A stretch of DNA of 64,000 nucleotides from Sedimentisphaeraceae bacterium JB056. GTDB taxonomy: Bacteria > Planctomycetota > Phycisphaerae > Sedimentisphaerales > Sedimentisphaeraceae. The notes beneath the pieces are model-generated. The model ran no database searches, was not told the origin of the DNA, and saw only the letters and a program-made list of their open reading frames with translations. The position numbers and the translations under genes were made by a program. Below are positions 49,829 through 60,080 of the stretch, piece after piece (within the stretch, counting starts at the first letter, position 1; each line of letters begins with the position of its first letter). Location: the NCBI GenBank assembly GCA_044440125.1, contig JBITAJ010000029.1, positions 160,001 to 224,000 of the forward strand, given 5' to 3'.

Positions 49829-49920
49829 GTTCAAATTAAGAATCAAATTTGTTTGCTGGTGCATTTGTGCCGGCAATATCTTCCAGATAAAACTTTTTTC
49901 TAAAGGTGTATATTGTGAAT

Positions 49921-51816
49921 ATGTCGTTTTGGGATTGGTTTGTTGTAGCTGCATTTCTTCTCTGCCTCTATGTAATGTGTATGATATGCAAGAGGTATAT
50001 GAAGGGGGTTTCTGATTTTCTTGTTGCCGGACGAAATGTCGGTAAGTATCTTGGAATGACTTCCGGATCAATGGCAGGGCTTGGAGCTATAACAATTCTT
50101 GCTATGTGGCAGATGAGTTATAAGTCAGGTTTTGTGGGTACTTTTCTTTGGACATTTCAGTATCCTTTCAGTATTTTGCTGGCACTAAGCGGTTTTGCGA
50201 TTTACAGGTTTCGGCAGACTCGTGCTATGACAATACCGCAGCTTCTTGAAATGCGGTACAGTAAATCATTGCGTGTGTTCTGCGGACTTCTTACATATGT
50301 TTCCGGCGTGCTGAATATGGGGATATTTCCTGCTGTCGGTGCGAATTTTGTCTTGTATTTCTGCGGTTTTCCCACTCAGCTTCATTTTCTTGGACTGACA
50401 ATACCTACAGTTCTTATAATAATGCTTCTTCTGGTTGGGGTTTCTGTTTTGATCTGTTTTACAGGTGGCCAGGTAACTTTGATAATAACAGATTTTATTC
50501 AGGGTGTTTTTGTTAACCTGATGCTGCTTGTCTTTGTGGTTCTTGTGTTCAGAATGATATCATGGGATCAATTCTCCGAGGTTTATTTGTCTCTAAGTGC
50601 TAATGAGTCGATGATAAATCCGTTTACTAAAGGTCAAAGTGAATTTGATGCAAGATTCTTTTTGATCCAGATGTTCTGGATGATGTATCTTGTCGTAGCG
50701 TGGTCTCCTGATACAATGCAGGTTAGTTCGGCTAAGGATGCAAGAGAAGCGTTTCTAATGAAGGGTCTTGTGCAGTTTAAGTATCTTGCAGGTGCGAGCC
50801 TTGGATTGTTTGTACTTCCTTTAGCGGCTTTTGTTATTATGAATCATTCAGATTTTTCTGATATGGCGGCTAATGTTAACAATGTGCTTGCCAGTATTAC
50901 TAATCCAAGCGTGAGAAGTCAGCTAATTGTTCCGTCTGCTGTGGCTAATTTTCTGCCTGTAGGACTTCTGGGTGCTTTTCTTTCTGTTGTACTCTTTGCT
51001 TTTATAAGCACGCATGATACTTATATGCTTGCATGGGGCGGTGTACTGATCCAGGATGTTGTGATGCCTTTGAAAAAGAAGAAACTTACGCCGCGTCAGC
51101 ATCTTGTATTGCTTCGCAGCTCGGTTATATTTGTTGCGGCTATCATCATTACATTCAGTATGAATTTTGAGATGACTGATAATATTCTGATGTTTCAGGC
51201 ACTTACAGGATCAATTTATACAGCCGGTGCGGGTGTGGTGATTATAGGTGCTTTATATTGGAAGAAGGCGACTGTTTCTGCGGCATGGTCGGCGATAATA
51301 ACCGGTACATCACTTGCTCTTATAGGATTTATCTATCGTTATAAGATCAATACAGAATTCCCTATGAACGGCACATATATTGCTTTTTACAGCTCCCTGA
51401 TAAGCTCAATAGTTTTTGTTGCTGTTTCCCTCTTTACGAATAAGGGTGAGTCGTTTGATCTTGACAAGATGCTTCACAGGGAAGAAGGTAAGGTTGAGCA
51501 GGAAAAAATAAAGTGGTGGCAGTTTACAAAAGGCTTTTCTCTTCATGATAAGATTGTATTCTGGGTGCTGCTTGGTTATGTTGCAGTGTATTCTCTTGTG
51601 CCGCTTGTCTTGTTTGTATTGTACAAGGCTTACGATTTTTCAGGGTTAGATTGGATGCTGTTCTGGAAAATATATATGATAGCAATGTTTATCAGTGGTG
51701 TACTTTTTGTGTGCTGGATAACAATTGGCGGTTTCAGAGATATGTTTGCTATGTTCAGATTCTGCAGACAGCAGGCGGTTGATGATAGCGATGATGGTTC
51801 TGTTGGTTCAAAATAA
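49921..51816 (+). CDS. Sodium:solute symporter family transporter
   Basis: SDFLVAGRNVGKYL, YRFRQTRAMTIPQLLEMRYS, GGQVTLIITDFIQ, AFISTHDTY. Confidence 0.85.
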   Translation: MSFWDWFVVAAFLLCLYVMCMICKRYMKGVSDFLVAGRNVGKYLGMTSGSMAGLGAITILAMWQMSYKSGFVGTFLWTFQYPFSILLALSGFAIYRFRQTRAMTIPQLLEMRYSKSLRVFCGLLTYVSGVLNMGIFPAVGANFVLYFCGFPTQLHFLGLTIPTVLIIMLLLVGVSVLICFTGGQVTLIITDFIQGVFVNLMLLVFVVLVFRMISWDQFSEVYLSLSANESMINPFTKGQSEFDARFFLIQMFWMMYLVVAWSPDTMQVSSAKDAREAFLMKGLVQFKYLAGASLGLFVLPLAAFVIMNHSDFSDMAANVNNVLASITNPSVRSQLIVPSAVANFLPVGLLGAFLSVVLFAFISTHDTYMLAWGGVLIQDVVMPLKKKKLTPRQHLVLLRSSVIFVAAIIITFSMNFEMTDNILMFQALTGSIYTAGAGVVIIGALYWKKATVSAAWSAIITGTSLALIGFIYRYKINTEFPMNGTYIAFYSSLISSIVFVAVSLFTNKGESFDLDKMLHREEGKVEQEKIKWWQFTKGFSLHDKIVFWVLLGYVAVYSLVPLVLFVLYKAYDFSGLDWMLFWKIYMIAMFISGVLFVCWITIGGFRDMFAMFRFCRQQAVDDSDDGSVGSK

Positions 51817-51832
51817 AATCAAGGGTGTGATT

Positions 51833-53992
51833 ATGAAATATTTATTGGGATTATTGATTTGTGTTTCATTCTGTTTGGCGTCAGAAGTCAAGATATTAGA
51901 TAGTAATGGAGCACCGGCGTTTTTTGTAGAAGAAGAAGCGAAGTTTCCTATGTTCTTGTTTGAACAGGAGATTCTTGATAAAGATGCTGCCGAGTTTCAG
52001 AAGGCAGGTTTTGAGTTTTATTCTTGTATAGAACTGACCAAGCAGCTTGATCTTGGTTGGATTGGCAGCTACAAATTTGATACTTCTGCAAGCGAGAGGG
52101 TCATAAATGATTTTCACAAACGGATTCCCAATGGATATATATTGCCACGTGTTCACCTTTATGCACCTAAATGGTGGGGGCAGGAAAATCCAGAGGAACT
52201 TACTGTTTTTGCTGCGGCAAAAGCTGGCGAATATAAAGATATTTGTTGGGATGAAGGTCATCCACCAGTGTCTTTTGCATCTGAAAAATGGTTGAAAGAA
52301 GCAGGAGAGGGGCTTCGCAGGAATATAAGGGCAATGCTGTCGCTTCCGTGTTCTGAAAAGATTCTCGGAATACATATCTCGAATGCTCTTGGAGGAGAGT
52401 GGCATTACTGGAATCCTTTTGCTTTTCCTGATGCCAGTGAACCTATGCGAACGGCTTTTGTCAAGTACATGCGAAAGAAGTACAATGATGACATTGAGCT
52501 TTTAAGGAAAGCATGGAATGAACCTCAAATCAGCTTTGAGACAATAACGGTGCCTGATATTTCGGAACAAAAACAATCAGACATAGGCATGTTTAGAGAT
52601 CCATCCAAGAGACGTAAGGTGATTGATTATGGGTGGGCTTTTCATCAAGTGTGTTTTGATGCAATTGAATATTTTTGCCGAATTGTTAAGGAAGAAAGTG
52701 ATGGAAGACTTCTTACTGGCGTATTATATACTTATTCTCCTACAATTAACTGGTCTCAGACAGGTGACCATCGTGCAACGGAAAGAGCTCTTGAAAGCGA
52801 ATATATCGATATGATTGCTACGCCTCACTCTTATTCAAGAAGGGCTTTGGGTGAAGATGGTGCGTTTAGGAATTTTACTGCAAGTCTGAAAGCCCATGGC
52901 AAGCTGTTTCTTGATGAGAGTGACGACAGGACTCATCTTACCGGATCAATAGCCCTTTCTCATGTTCATTCTACAAATACAGCCGAGACTATTAATATAT
53001 TAAGACGTTCGTTCGCTAATGTTGTGTGTGACAGTGTTGGAATGTGGTATATGGATCAGTCGTCAGGTTGGTGGTACAATGAGCCTGAGATTTATAAAGA
53101 GTTTGCAAAAATAAAGAAATGGGCAGACTATTCAATGACACTTGATCGTGGCAGTTGCAGTGAGGTGGCTGTCATATCTTCTATGGAAAGCGGTTTCTAT
53201 CATCTCGACAGGATAACACGTAAGGATACAATTACTTATGCTTTGAATAGGCACCAGATAGGTGAATTTTATCATGCAGGTGTTCCATTTGACAGGTATT
53301 TTATTGAAGATATTGAACAGGGGCAAGTGCCGGATTCAAAAGTCTACATTTTCCTTGACTGTTTTTTCATGACTGATAACCAGCGAAATTCTGTCGAACA
53401 ACTAAAAAAAGAAGGGAAAACACTTGTCTGGTTTTATGCTCCTGGATTTGTTACTGAGGATTCGTTTTCTCTGGAAGCTATGCAGCAGCTTACTGGGTTT
53501 GATTATAAAATGGAACCTCGCGGGGATGTTGATTCTGAGTTGAGGTTAGTAACCTCGAAATTTGGCGAGAATGCAAAAGTTTTTGGCTGTTCAGTGCAGC
53601 AGGCTCCGGTTTTTTATGTACAGGCTCAGCCTGATGAAATATATGCTCGTTTTACAGATCATGGTTTTGCTGGAATGGCCTTTAGAGACTTTGGTACATG
53701 GCAATCAGTGTACTGTTATACTGGTTCAGTTCCTGCACTGGCAATTCGTGAAATATATAAAAAGGCAGGAGTGAATATTTATTGTGAAAGCGGTGATGTT
53801 TTATATGCTAACAGAAGTTGGGTAGGTATTCATGCTTCTTTAACAGGCAAAAAGAAGATTACACTTCCACAGAAAAGTGATGTTTTTGAAGTCTTCAGTG
53901 AAAAATTTATTGGTAAGGATGTTTCCGAATTTGATTGGGATATGAGTTTTGGAGAAACTGCGTTGTTTGTGTTATCCAATCCTCTTGAATAA
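51833..53992 (+). CDS. Secreted GH42-like glycoside hydrolase; paralog 2 (no tail)
   Basis: Signal peptide; LFEQEI, PRVHLYAPKWW, SFASEKW, GGEWH, LFLDESDDRTH, WYMDQSSG. Confidence 0.65.
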   Translation: MKYLLGLLICVSFCLASEVKILDSNGAPAFFVEEEAKFPMFLFEQEILDKDAAEFQKAGFEFYSCIELTKQLDLGWIGSYKFDTSASERVINDFHKRIPNGYILPRVHLYAPKWWGQENPEELTVFAAAKAGEYKDICWDEGHPPVSFASEKWLKEAGEGLRRNIRAMLSLPCSEKILGIHISNALGGEWHYWNPFAFPDASEPMRTAFVKYMRKKYNDDIELLRKAWNEPQISFETITVPDISEQKQSDIGMFRDPSKRRKVIDYGWAFHQVCFDAIEYFCRIVKEESDGRLLTGVLYTYSPTINWSQTGDHRATERALESEYIDMIATPHSYSRRALGEDGAFRNFTASLKAHGKLFLDESDDRTHLTGSIALSHVHSTNTAETINILRRSFANVVCDSVGMWYMDQSSGWWYNEPEIYKEFAKIKKWADYSMTLDRGSCSEVAVISSMESGFYHLDRITRKDTITYALNRHQIGEFYHAGVPFDRYFIEDIEQGQVPDSKVYIFLDCFFMTDNQRNSVEQLKKEGKTLVWFYAPGFVTEDSFSLEAMQQLTGFDYKMEPRGDVDSELRLVTSKFGENAKVFGCSVQQAPVFYVQAQPDEIYARFTDHGFAGMAFRDFGTWQSVYCYTGSVPALAIREIYKKAGVNIYCESGDVLYANRSWVGIHASLTGKKKITLPQKSDVFEVFSEKFIGKDVSEFDWDMSFGETALFVLSNPLE

Positions 53993-54020
53993 TTTGACTG
54001 TTTTTTTTAAGGAGATTGTG

Positions 54021-57000
54021 ATGAATCTTTACAGAAAATTAGTGTTGAATTTATGTGTATTGTTGGCAGCAGTGTTTTACGTTTCTGCGGTGTCGGCAGA
54101 TATTGCGGTAAGTCAGTATAATGGCTTTCCTGTGATATCTGATAATAACGAACCCTGCTATCCCTTATTGTTGTTTCAGCAGGAAATAAGCTCGAATGAT
54201 GCTGATGAATTTTGTGATGCGGGTTTTGATTTTTATTCCTGTATCGAGAAATATTCTTACTTAGACCTTGGCTGGATTGGAAATCAACAGTTTGATTTTG
54301 ATCTTTTCGACAGGGTTATGCTTGAGTTTGTGAAGAATTTACCCGAAGGCGGATATTTGATTCCGCGAGTTCATGTATGGGCTCCCGAGTGGTGGGTTGA
54401 TGCTAATCCTAATGAGGCTATCGGTTATCTTATTCAGCCTCAGCCTCATCAATGGCTTGCCGGTGATGGTACAAAGCATGAGTCATTTGCTTCATCATTG
54501 TGGAAACAGGAGGCAGGTTATGGACTCAGACTTCTTGTAAGGCATATACTTAACAGTCCATATGCCAATAGAATAGCCGGATTACATATTGCTAATGGAG
54601 TTTATGGTGAGTGGCATATGTGGGGTGCAGAGTATGTGCCGGATACAGGAAGCAGCATGCTTGCTTACTTCAGGGATTATCTGCGGACAAAATACAATAA
54701 CGATGTTACTTCTTTGAGAAATGCATGGAACTGGCCTTATGTTATATTTGATACTGCGCCGATTCCTAATCAGACGGAACGTACAGCACGCTCTGACGGT
54801 CTTTTCTGTGATTCACAATGGAGCAGGGTTACGGATTATTACGAAGCACATAATAAAGCTGCTGTAGATGCGATTGATTATTTTTGTCAGATAGTCAAAG
54901 ATGAGAGTAATAATAAGCTGTTGACAAGCGTACTTTATGGTTATCAGCCTGATATGCCTCATCATCCTCTTGAGGTGGATCATCGCGGAGCTGCTCAAGC
55001 TTATCGTCTCAGCAGTGTTGACATGTTCGCTTCGCCGCATTCATACTGGTACAGAGATCTTGGGCAGGATGCATCTTTCAGGCATTTTCCTGAGAGTTTG
55101 AGAGTTAATGGCAAACTCTTTATGGATGAAGCTGATGTAAGGACTCACTTGTGTGATTCTTCCAATCTTTTCAGACATGCTACTAATATTGATGAGTCTC
55201 TTGCTGTTTTAAGAAGAGCTTTTGGTAACATGTTGACAGGAAGTGTAGGTGGCTGGTTTATGGATCAGTCATCAGGATTATGGTATGATGACCCGAGTAT
55301 TTATCATGATTTCGCGAATTATAAGCGTTGGGCTGATTATTCGCTTGCGTGGTCGCGTGAGAGAATTAATGATGTTGCTATTATAAGTTCTCTAAATAGT
55401 GAATTCTATATAGGTGCTGAAGATCAGCTTACGGCACAATTTTATGTGAAGCAGATACCACAGCTTTGCCGTGCAGCAGCCCCATTCAACAGATACCTTA
55501 TAGAGGATCTTGAAGAAGGTTTGGTTCCGGAGCATAAGGTTTATATCTTCATAGATTGTTTCTATCTTACCGATTCTCAGAGGACAGCAATCAATAATCT
55601 AAAAACTAACGGTCATACTTTACTGTGGATGTTTGCTCCAGGTTTTGCAGGACCTTCTGGGTTGTCGGTTACTGCTATGGAATCTTTGACAGGTATCTCT
55701 TTTACCAAGACTAATAATTGGTACAGTGATGTCTATCCTGATCAGAATTTGTTCCCGACTTCACCGGATACCTATAATACCTACCAGACCAATTTTGGTT
55801 CGCTTACTTCACTTTCGCCTAAGTTTTCGCCTGTTGCTTCGAGCTGTCAGGTTTGGGGTACGTGGCAGGATAACGGCCAGGGAGGTGCCGCTCTTGTAGT
55901 TAAGGATTATTCTAACTGGCGTTCAATTTATAGTCCTACTGCAGGCTTACCATGGGTGATACTGAATAAGATATATGAAGATGCTGGTGTGCATTTGTAT
56001 GCTCAGGCTGGTGACAATCTAATGGTTAATCAGAGCTTTGTAGGTATACATAGTGTTTCTGGTGGAAGTAAGACTATAAAACTTCCTCAGAGCAGTAATG
56101 TGTATGATGTTATTAACAATACATCTATTGCCAGTAACGTTACACAGTTTACCTTTACTCTTGGTGCGGAAAGAACTGCTCTATTTGCAATTGCAGATAA
56201 TATTGGTTCTTCTGCCGTTTGGACTAATGCTTCAGGTGATCACAGTTGGTCGCAATCAGGGAACTGGAGCGGAAGCACTCCGGTTGCAACTCCAAAGAGT
56301 GTTTTATTTGACTCTCATACTGGAACAGTAGATCAGACTTATGCTCATATACATAACGGTATAACAGGAGGGGCTCAGGCTGTTGATATGCTTCTGGGAC
56401 GTACCGGACATGATTCGAGGATATTGCATACGGATGGTGAAAATCGTTTCAGAACATTGTTTGTTGGTCTTGATTCTGATGAGATACATTCTGATTATCA
56501 TATGTATGGCGGTAAGGTTGAATCATATTTTGATGGTACATGGGGTGGAAAGATGCACGTTGGCTACAGTTCTAATTCTCTAAGCTCCGGTGCATTTTAC
56601 CAGCTTGGCGGTGTTGTGAATCTGAGCAAATGGCTTGAAGTAGGGTATAGCGGAGGGTCTTACGGACACCTGCAGATCGAAAAGGGGCTTTTCAAAGTTC
56701 CAGATTTTAGTATTTATAACGGTATTGTTGATGTTAAAGGCGGTTGGCTGGTTCTTGATTCTGAAACAAATTTCAGAAATTATGCTAATCAGGGCAAAAT
56801 ACTTGTTAATGGTTCTGCCGGTAATGAAAACAGTTTCTGTTACAGGCAGAGGAATAACAAAATTTATATCAGCATACCTTCATCTGTAACATGGTCATCT
56901 TCTGCAGGAGATCATCTTTTCAGCAATCCGGCTAACTGGGTTGAACAAAAGGCACCTCAGGGGACTCCTATGCAGGTCAACTTCTCTGTACACAGCGACG

Positions 57001-57557
57001 GTTGGAATGATTACTGCCTGATTGATGAAACTGCAAAGTGGGAATATGGCGGAATTGATGCGGTGGATGTCTTAGCAGGACGTGACGGTAAGGATACCAA
57101 GATAATTCAGACTGGCGGAGTGTTTGAGTTCAGGAATATGTTCTTTGGTATGGACAGTCTAGAGATACACACACAATACCATATGTACGGCGGTATTCTG
57201 AGAAGCTTCTATGATGGCAGTTTTGGTGGTCAGATGGTTCTTGGAGCCGGTTCAAATGCTAACAGTGACAATGTGTTCTATCATGAGGCTGGAGCAGTAA
57301 TACTTGATAGCTGGCTTTATGTAGGTGACAGCAGTGCCGGATATCTAATTTTGCATGATGGAATATTTATTGTGCCTAATCTTACAGTAAACCAGGGACA
57401 TGTTGATATTAGCGGTGGAACGTTGGTGTTGAATTGGGATACGGAGTTTAGGCAGTATGCTAATCAGGGTAAGATACTTGCTTACGGTTTAAGCGGCAAT
57501 GAAAACAGCTTTAATTATAAGCAGGTAAAGGATCAGATACATATTACCGCAAAATAG
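54021..57557 (+). CDS. Secreted GH42-like glycoside hydrolase; paralog 3 with two C-terminal beta-helix-like repeats
   Basis: ATG at 54021 after AAGGAG. Catalytic motifs as in 42395; tandem ~220-aa repeats ending NYANQGKILVNGSAGNENSF and QYANQGKILAYGLSGNENSF. Confidence 0.65.
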   Translation: MNLYRKLVLNLCVLLAAVFYVSAVSADIAVSQYNGFPVISDNNEPCYPLLLFQQEISSNDADEFCDAGFDFYSCIEKYSYLDLGWIGNQQFDFDLFDRVMLEFVKNLPEGGYLIPRVHVWAPEWWVDANPNEAIGYLIQPQPHQWLAGDGTKHESFASSLWKQEAGYGLRLLVRHILNSPYANRIAGLHIANGVYGEWHMWGAEYVPDTGSSMLAYFRDYLRTKYNNDVTSLRNAWNWPYVIFDTAPIPNQTERTARSDGLFCDSQWSRVTDYYEAHNKAAVDAIDYFCQIVKDESNNKLLTSVLYGYQPDMPHHPLEVDHRGAAQAYRLSSVDMFASPHSYWYRDLGQDASFRHFPESLRVNGKLFMDEADVRTHLCDSSNLFRHATNIDESLAVLRRAFGNMLTGSVGGWFMDQSSGLWYDDPSIYHDFANYKRWADYSLAWSRERINDVAIISSLNSEFYIGAEDQLTAQFYVKQIPQLCRAAAPFNRYLIEDLEEGLVPEHKVYIFIDCFYLTDSQRTAINNLKTNGHTLLWMFAPGFAGPSGLSVTAMESLTGISFTKTNNWYSDVYPDQNLFPTSPDTYNTYQTNFGSLTSLSPKFSPVASSCQVWGTWQDNGQGGAALVVKDYSNWRSIYSPTAGLPWVILNKIYEDAGVHLYAQAGDNLMVNQSFVGIHSVSGGSKTIKLPQSSNVYDVINNTSIASNVTQFTFTLGAERTALFAIADNIGSSAVWTNASGDHSWSQSGNWSGSTPVATPKSVLFDSHTGTVDQTYAHIHNGITGGAQAVDMLLGRTGHDSRILHTDGENRFRTLFVGLDSDEIHSDYHMYGGKVESYFDGTWGGKMHVGYSSNSLSSGAFYQLGGVVNLSKWLEVGYSGGSYGHLQIEKGLFKVPDFSIYNGIVDVKGGWLVLDSETNFRNYANQGKILVNGSAGNENSFCYRQRNNKIYISIPSSVTWSSSAGDHLFSNPANWVEQKAPQGTPMQVNFSVHSDGWNDYCLIDETAKWEYGGIDAVDVLAGRDGKDTKIIQTGGVFEFRNMFFGMDSLEIHTQYHMYGGILRSFYDGSFGGQMVLGAGSNANSDNVFYHEAGAVILDSWLYVGDSSAGYLILHDGIFIVPNLTVNQGHVDISGGTLVLNWDTEFRQYANQGKILAYGLSGNENSFNYKQVKDQIHITAK

Positions 57558-57805
57558 CTGTCCGATCCAACTGATCTGAAATTTAATATTGGTTTGGTAT
57601 TTAGGATTTTTATTAGTTTATTGAAGATTTGACAAGTGTGTCTATGGCTTGTTTAATATGATAGGGAAGGATGTTCCAATAGTAGACTATATCTGTCAGA
57701 TCAGGGGCTAGCTCGAGCAGTGAGTGTTTAAAAGGTGTCCCTGAGGGTGTCCAAGCGATAGTTGTGTTTCTACAACTATTCTTTTCAGAAGAGTTTATGT
57801 TTTTC

Positions 57806-57857
57806 GAGCATCGGTCTTCGGAACCGAGGGCTTGGGGGTTCGAATCCCTACAGGTGT
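57806..57857 (+). repeat. attR-like duplicated 3' half of tRNA-Arg
   Basis: GAGCATCGGTCTTCGGAACCGAGGG identical to 1086-1110, then a diverged T-arm and acceptor strand (GGTTCGAATCCCTACAGGTGT); 5' half absent. Confidence 0.9.
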
Positions 57858-57867
57858 GCTATTAAAT

Positions 57868-57928
57868 AAACCCTGCTTTTGACGCTTAAATCGCTACTTT
57901 TGGTGTCAAGAGCAGGGTTTTTGTGTTT
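57868..57928. terminator. Bidirectional terminator hairpin homologous to 1147-1207
   Basis: AAACCCTGCTTTTGACGC/GTGTCAAGAGCAGGGTTT; the 23 bp TCAAGAGCAGGGTTTTTGTGTTT is identical in both copies. Confidence 0.75.
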
Positions 57929-57958
57929 TCAAGGTTTGTCTTGAAATGTGATGTCTAT

Positions 57959-59053
57959 TTATTTGCTGATTAAATAGATGGATAATTTTTTGTTGGCCTC
58001 ATAGCTTAGTTCGGTAACTGAGTTGTGCGTTAGATAATAATCACCTTTTTTCAGTTTGAATTCTTTATCGCCGCAACGGAACATACCTTCACCTTCGGCT
58101 ACTACCGCTATGTACCAGGGGAAGCGGGATTTGAAATCTACGCTTGAATTTACTTGCAGCTTCTGCACGCGGAAATGCTCGGTAATCGAGTGGTCGATGA
58201 CGTCGCTGTATACGAAGTCCTCGGTTTTTTCGATGATCTTCTCAGCAGGGCAGAATCTTTTCAATGTTTCGGCTCTGTCATAAGCATGTTCATAATCGAA
58301 GCACTCCAGGCCGATCTCCGGGTCGAGTCCCTGCCACATATCGTAATCGCTGAGCTCTACGCCGTCGAGATATTTTTCCGGTTGCACAACAAGGTCGGTC
58401 GGTTCCTGTACTTCGAGTATGAAGCAGCCTGGGCCTATTGCGTGGGGCAGCTTGCCGGGGATGAAGAAAACGTCCGATTCGTTTACTTCGAATTTATGCA
58501 TGCAGGAGGTAACGGTTTCCATGTCCTGTTCCCTGACAGCCTGTTTGAACTTTTCCTTATCGATATCCGGCTTGAAGCCCATATAGACATACGGTTCAAC
58601 TCCGTTTACGGCTCTTTTACCGATAACGATCCACATCTCCGTCTTGCCGTGATTGCTGTTGCAGTATTTTTGTGCGAACGGTATGTCCGGATGGCATTGT
58701 ATGGGCAGCCTTATGGCCGAATCGATGAATTTGCAAAGTATGCCAACGCCATCTTCGCCGATATTATCTGCACCCAGAATTTTATCAGGAAACTGCTCAA
58801 GCACATCGCGAAGAAACACCCGCTGCCCCGATGGAGACACGAAACTGCTTAGCCCTTCGAATTCCGATTGCTGGTTTTTATCATTTTGCGCTACGGTCGT
58901 AGATGCGATCCATTCTTCGGGGAAAAAAGAATCGCTGCTTTGCGTATTGCCTGAGAGTTTATCGAGCATTGCCCCGCCTTTATAAAGCCGCCATACTCGA
59001 TTAGGTTCGAAAAAAATAGGATATTTCAATATTTCATCAATTTCTTTTTTCAT
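57959..59053 (-). CDS. Class I mannose-6-phosphate isomerase-like cupin
   Basis: PEEWIAS, RLPIQCHPD, HGKTEMW, PHAIGPG, EVQEPTD. Confidence 0.8.
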   Translation of the reverse strand: MKKEIDEILKYPIFFEPNRVWRLYKGGAMLDKLSGNTQSSDSFFPEEWIASTTVAQNDKNQQSEFEGLSSFVSPSGQRVFLRDVLEQFPDKILGADNIGEDGVGILCKFIDSAIRLPIQCHPDIPFAQKYCNSNHGKTEMWIVIGKRAVNGVEPYVYMGFKPDIDKEKFKQAVREQDMETVTSCMHKFEVNESDVFFIPGKLPHAIGPGCFILEVQEPTDLVVQPEKYLDGVELSDYDMWQGLDPEIGLECFDYEHAYDRAETLKRFCPAEKIIEKTEDFVYSDVIDHSITEHFRVQKLQVNSSVDFKSRFPWYIAVVAEGEGMFRCGDKEFKLKKGDYYLTHNSVTELSYEANKKLSIYLISK

Positions 59054-59054
59054 T

Positions 59055-60080
59055 TCAGTGTCCTGCTATAAGGCTTCCCTTTATTGTTATCTTTTTGCTG
59101 TTCCATTTTTCGGCCAGACGCTGCTGGATACAAAGCAGTTCTATTGTTTTTGCGGCCATTTCTGCGAACGGCTGTTTGATTGTCGTTATTCCTGATGCTA
59201 TGGCTTCTTCCAGGCCGTCGATCCCGTAGACTTCAGCTTCGCTGCCGACAATTGATTTTACGGCTATTGCCGCCATGTCGTTTACGCATATAACGGCGGT
59301 TTTTCGCCGGTGATCGAGCAACTGTTCTTTCCTGGCGTTGATCTCTTTTCTGATATCTCCCTGCCACGGTATATATTCAATAGCGTGTTCAGTACTGCTT
59401 GCCTGACAATATCGCAGAAAAGCGGCTTCTCTTTGCTTGTCGCTGTCGGCATCGAGCATGCTGTGGCTTATCATTATGATCTTTTCTGCCCCGTCTATTA
59501 GAGCCTTGCTTACCAGCTTTTGTATCGCATCGTCATTGTCGAGCCCGACATAGTCGGCATAGCCGCCGGGAAGCATTCTGTCAAAGAATACCATATTTGT
59601 TCCAAGCAGTCGCAGTCTGGCGAATGTGTCGGAGTGAAAGTTTCTGCTTGGCCATATTACCATATTCTTAATTCCCTTGGAAACGAGTTTAATCGCCGCC
59701 TGCTCTTCGATCTCCGGGTCCTGTTCGGTTATCTTCAATATGCACAAGGCATCACGCCTATCAAGCTCTTTCTGAAACGATTCGAGAAACTCCATGGCAA
59801 AGGGGTCCTTGATAGCTGTAAGGAATGCTACCTTGTCTATTTGCTCGGAATTTCCCTGCCAGCTTGCATTGGCAACGAATGTTCCCTTGCCCTGTTTTCG
59901 CTGAAGTATCCCCGCTTCTTCGAGTATGCCGTAAGCACGCCGTACCGTTACCCGGCTGACCTGGTGCTCTTGGGATACCTCACGCTCGGTGGGGAGCCTG
60001 GAGCCGATATCATATCTGCCGCTTAGAATAGCGTTGAATATAGCATCTCTAACCAACAGTGTTTTGTCTTCTTCTTTCAT
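59055..60080 (-). CDS. GntR-HTH/LacI-type sensor hybrid (AraR-like) regulator
   Basis: LPTEREVSQEHQVSRVTVRRA...QGKGTFV; periplasmic-binding-like C-domain (FFDR, CVND, GIDG, TTIKQP). Confidence 0.85.
   Translation of the reverse strand: MKEEDKTLLVRDAIFNAILSGRYDIGSRLPTEREVSQEHQVSRVTVRRAYGILEEAGILQRKQGKGTFVANASWQGNSEQIDKVAFLTAIKDPFAMEFLESFQKELDRRDALCILKITEQDPEIEEQAAIKLVSKGIKNMVIWPSRNFHSDTFARLRLLGTNMVFFDRMLPGGYADYVGLDNDDAIQKLVSKALIDGAEKIIMISHSMLDADSDKQREAAFLRYCQASSTEHAIEYIPWQGDIRKEINARKEQLLDHRRKTAVICVNDMAAIAVKSIVGSEAEVYGIDGLEEAIASGITTIKQPFAEMAAKTIELLCIQQRLAEKWNSKKITIKGSLIAGH

Noticed and set aside
57806..57857. Second functional tRNA-Arg gene
   Set aside because: The 5' acceptor strand and most of the D-arm are missing, so it is an att-type fragment.
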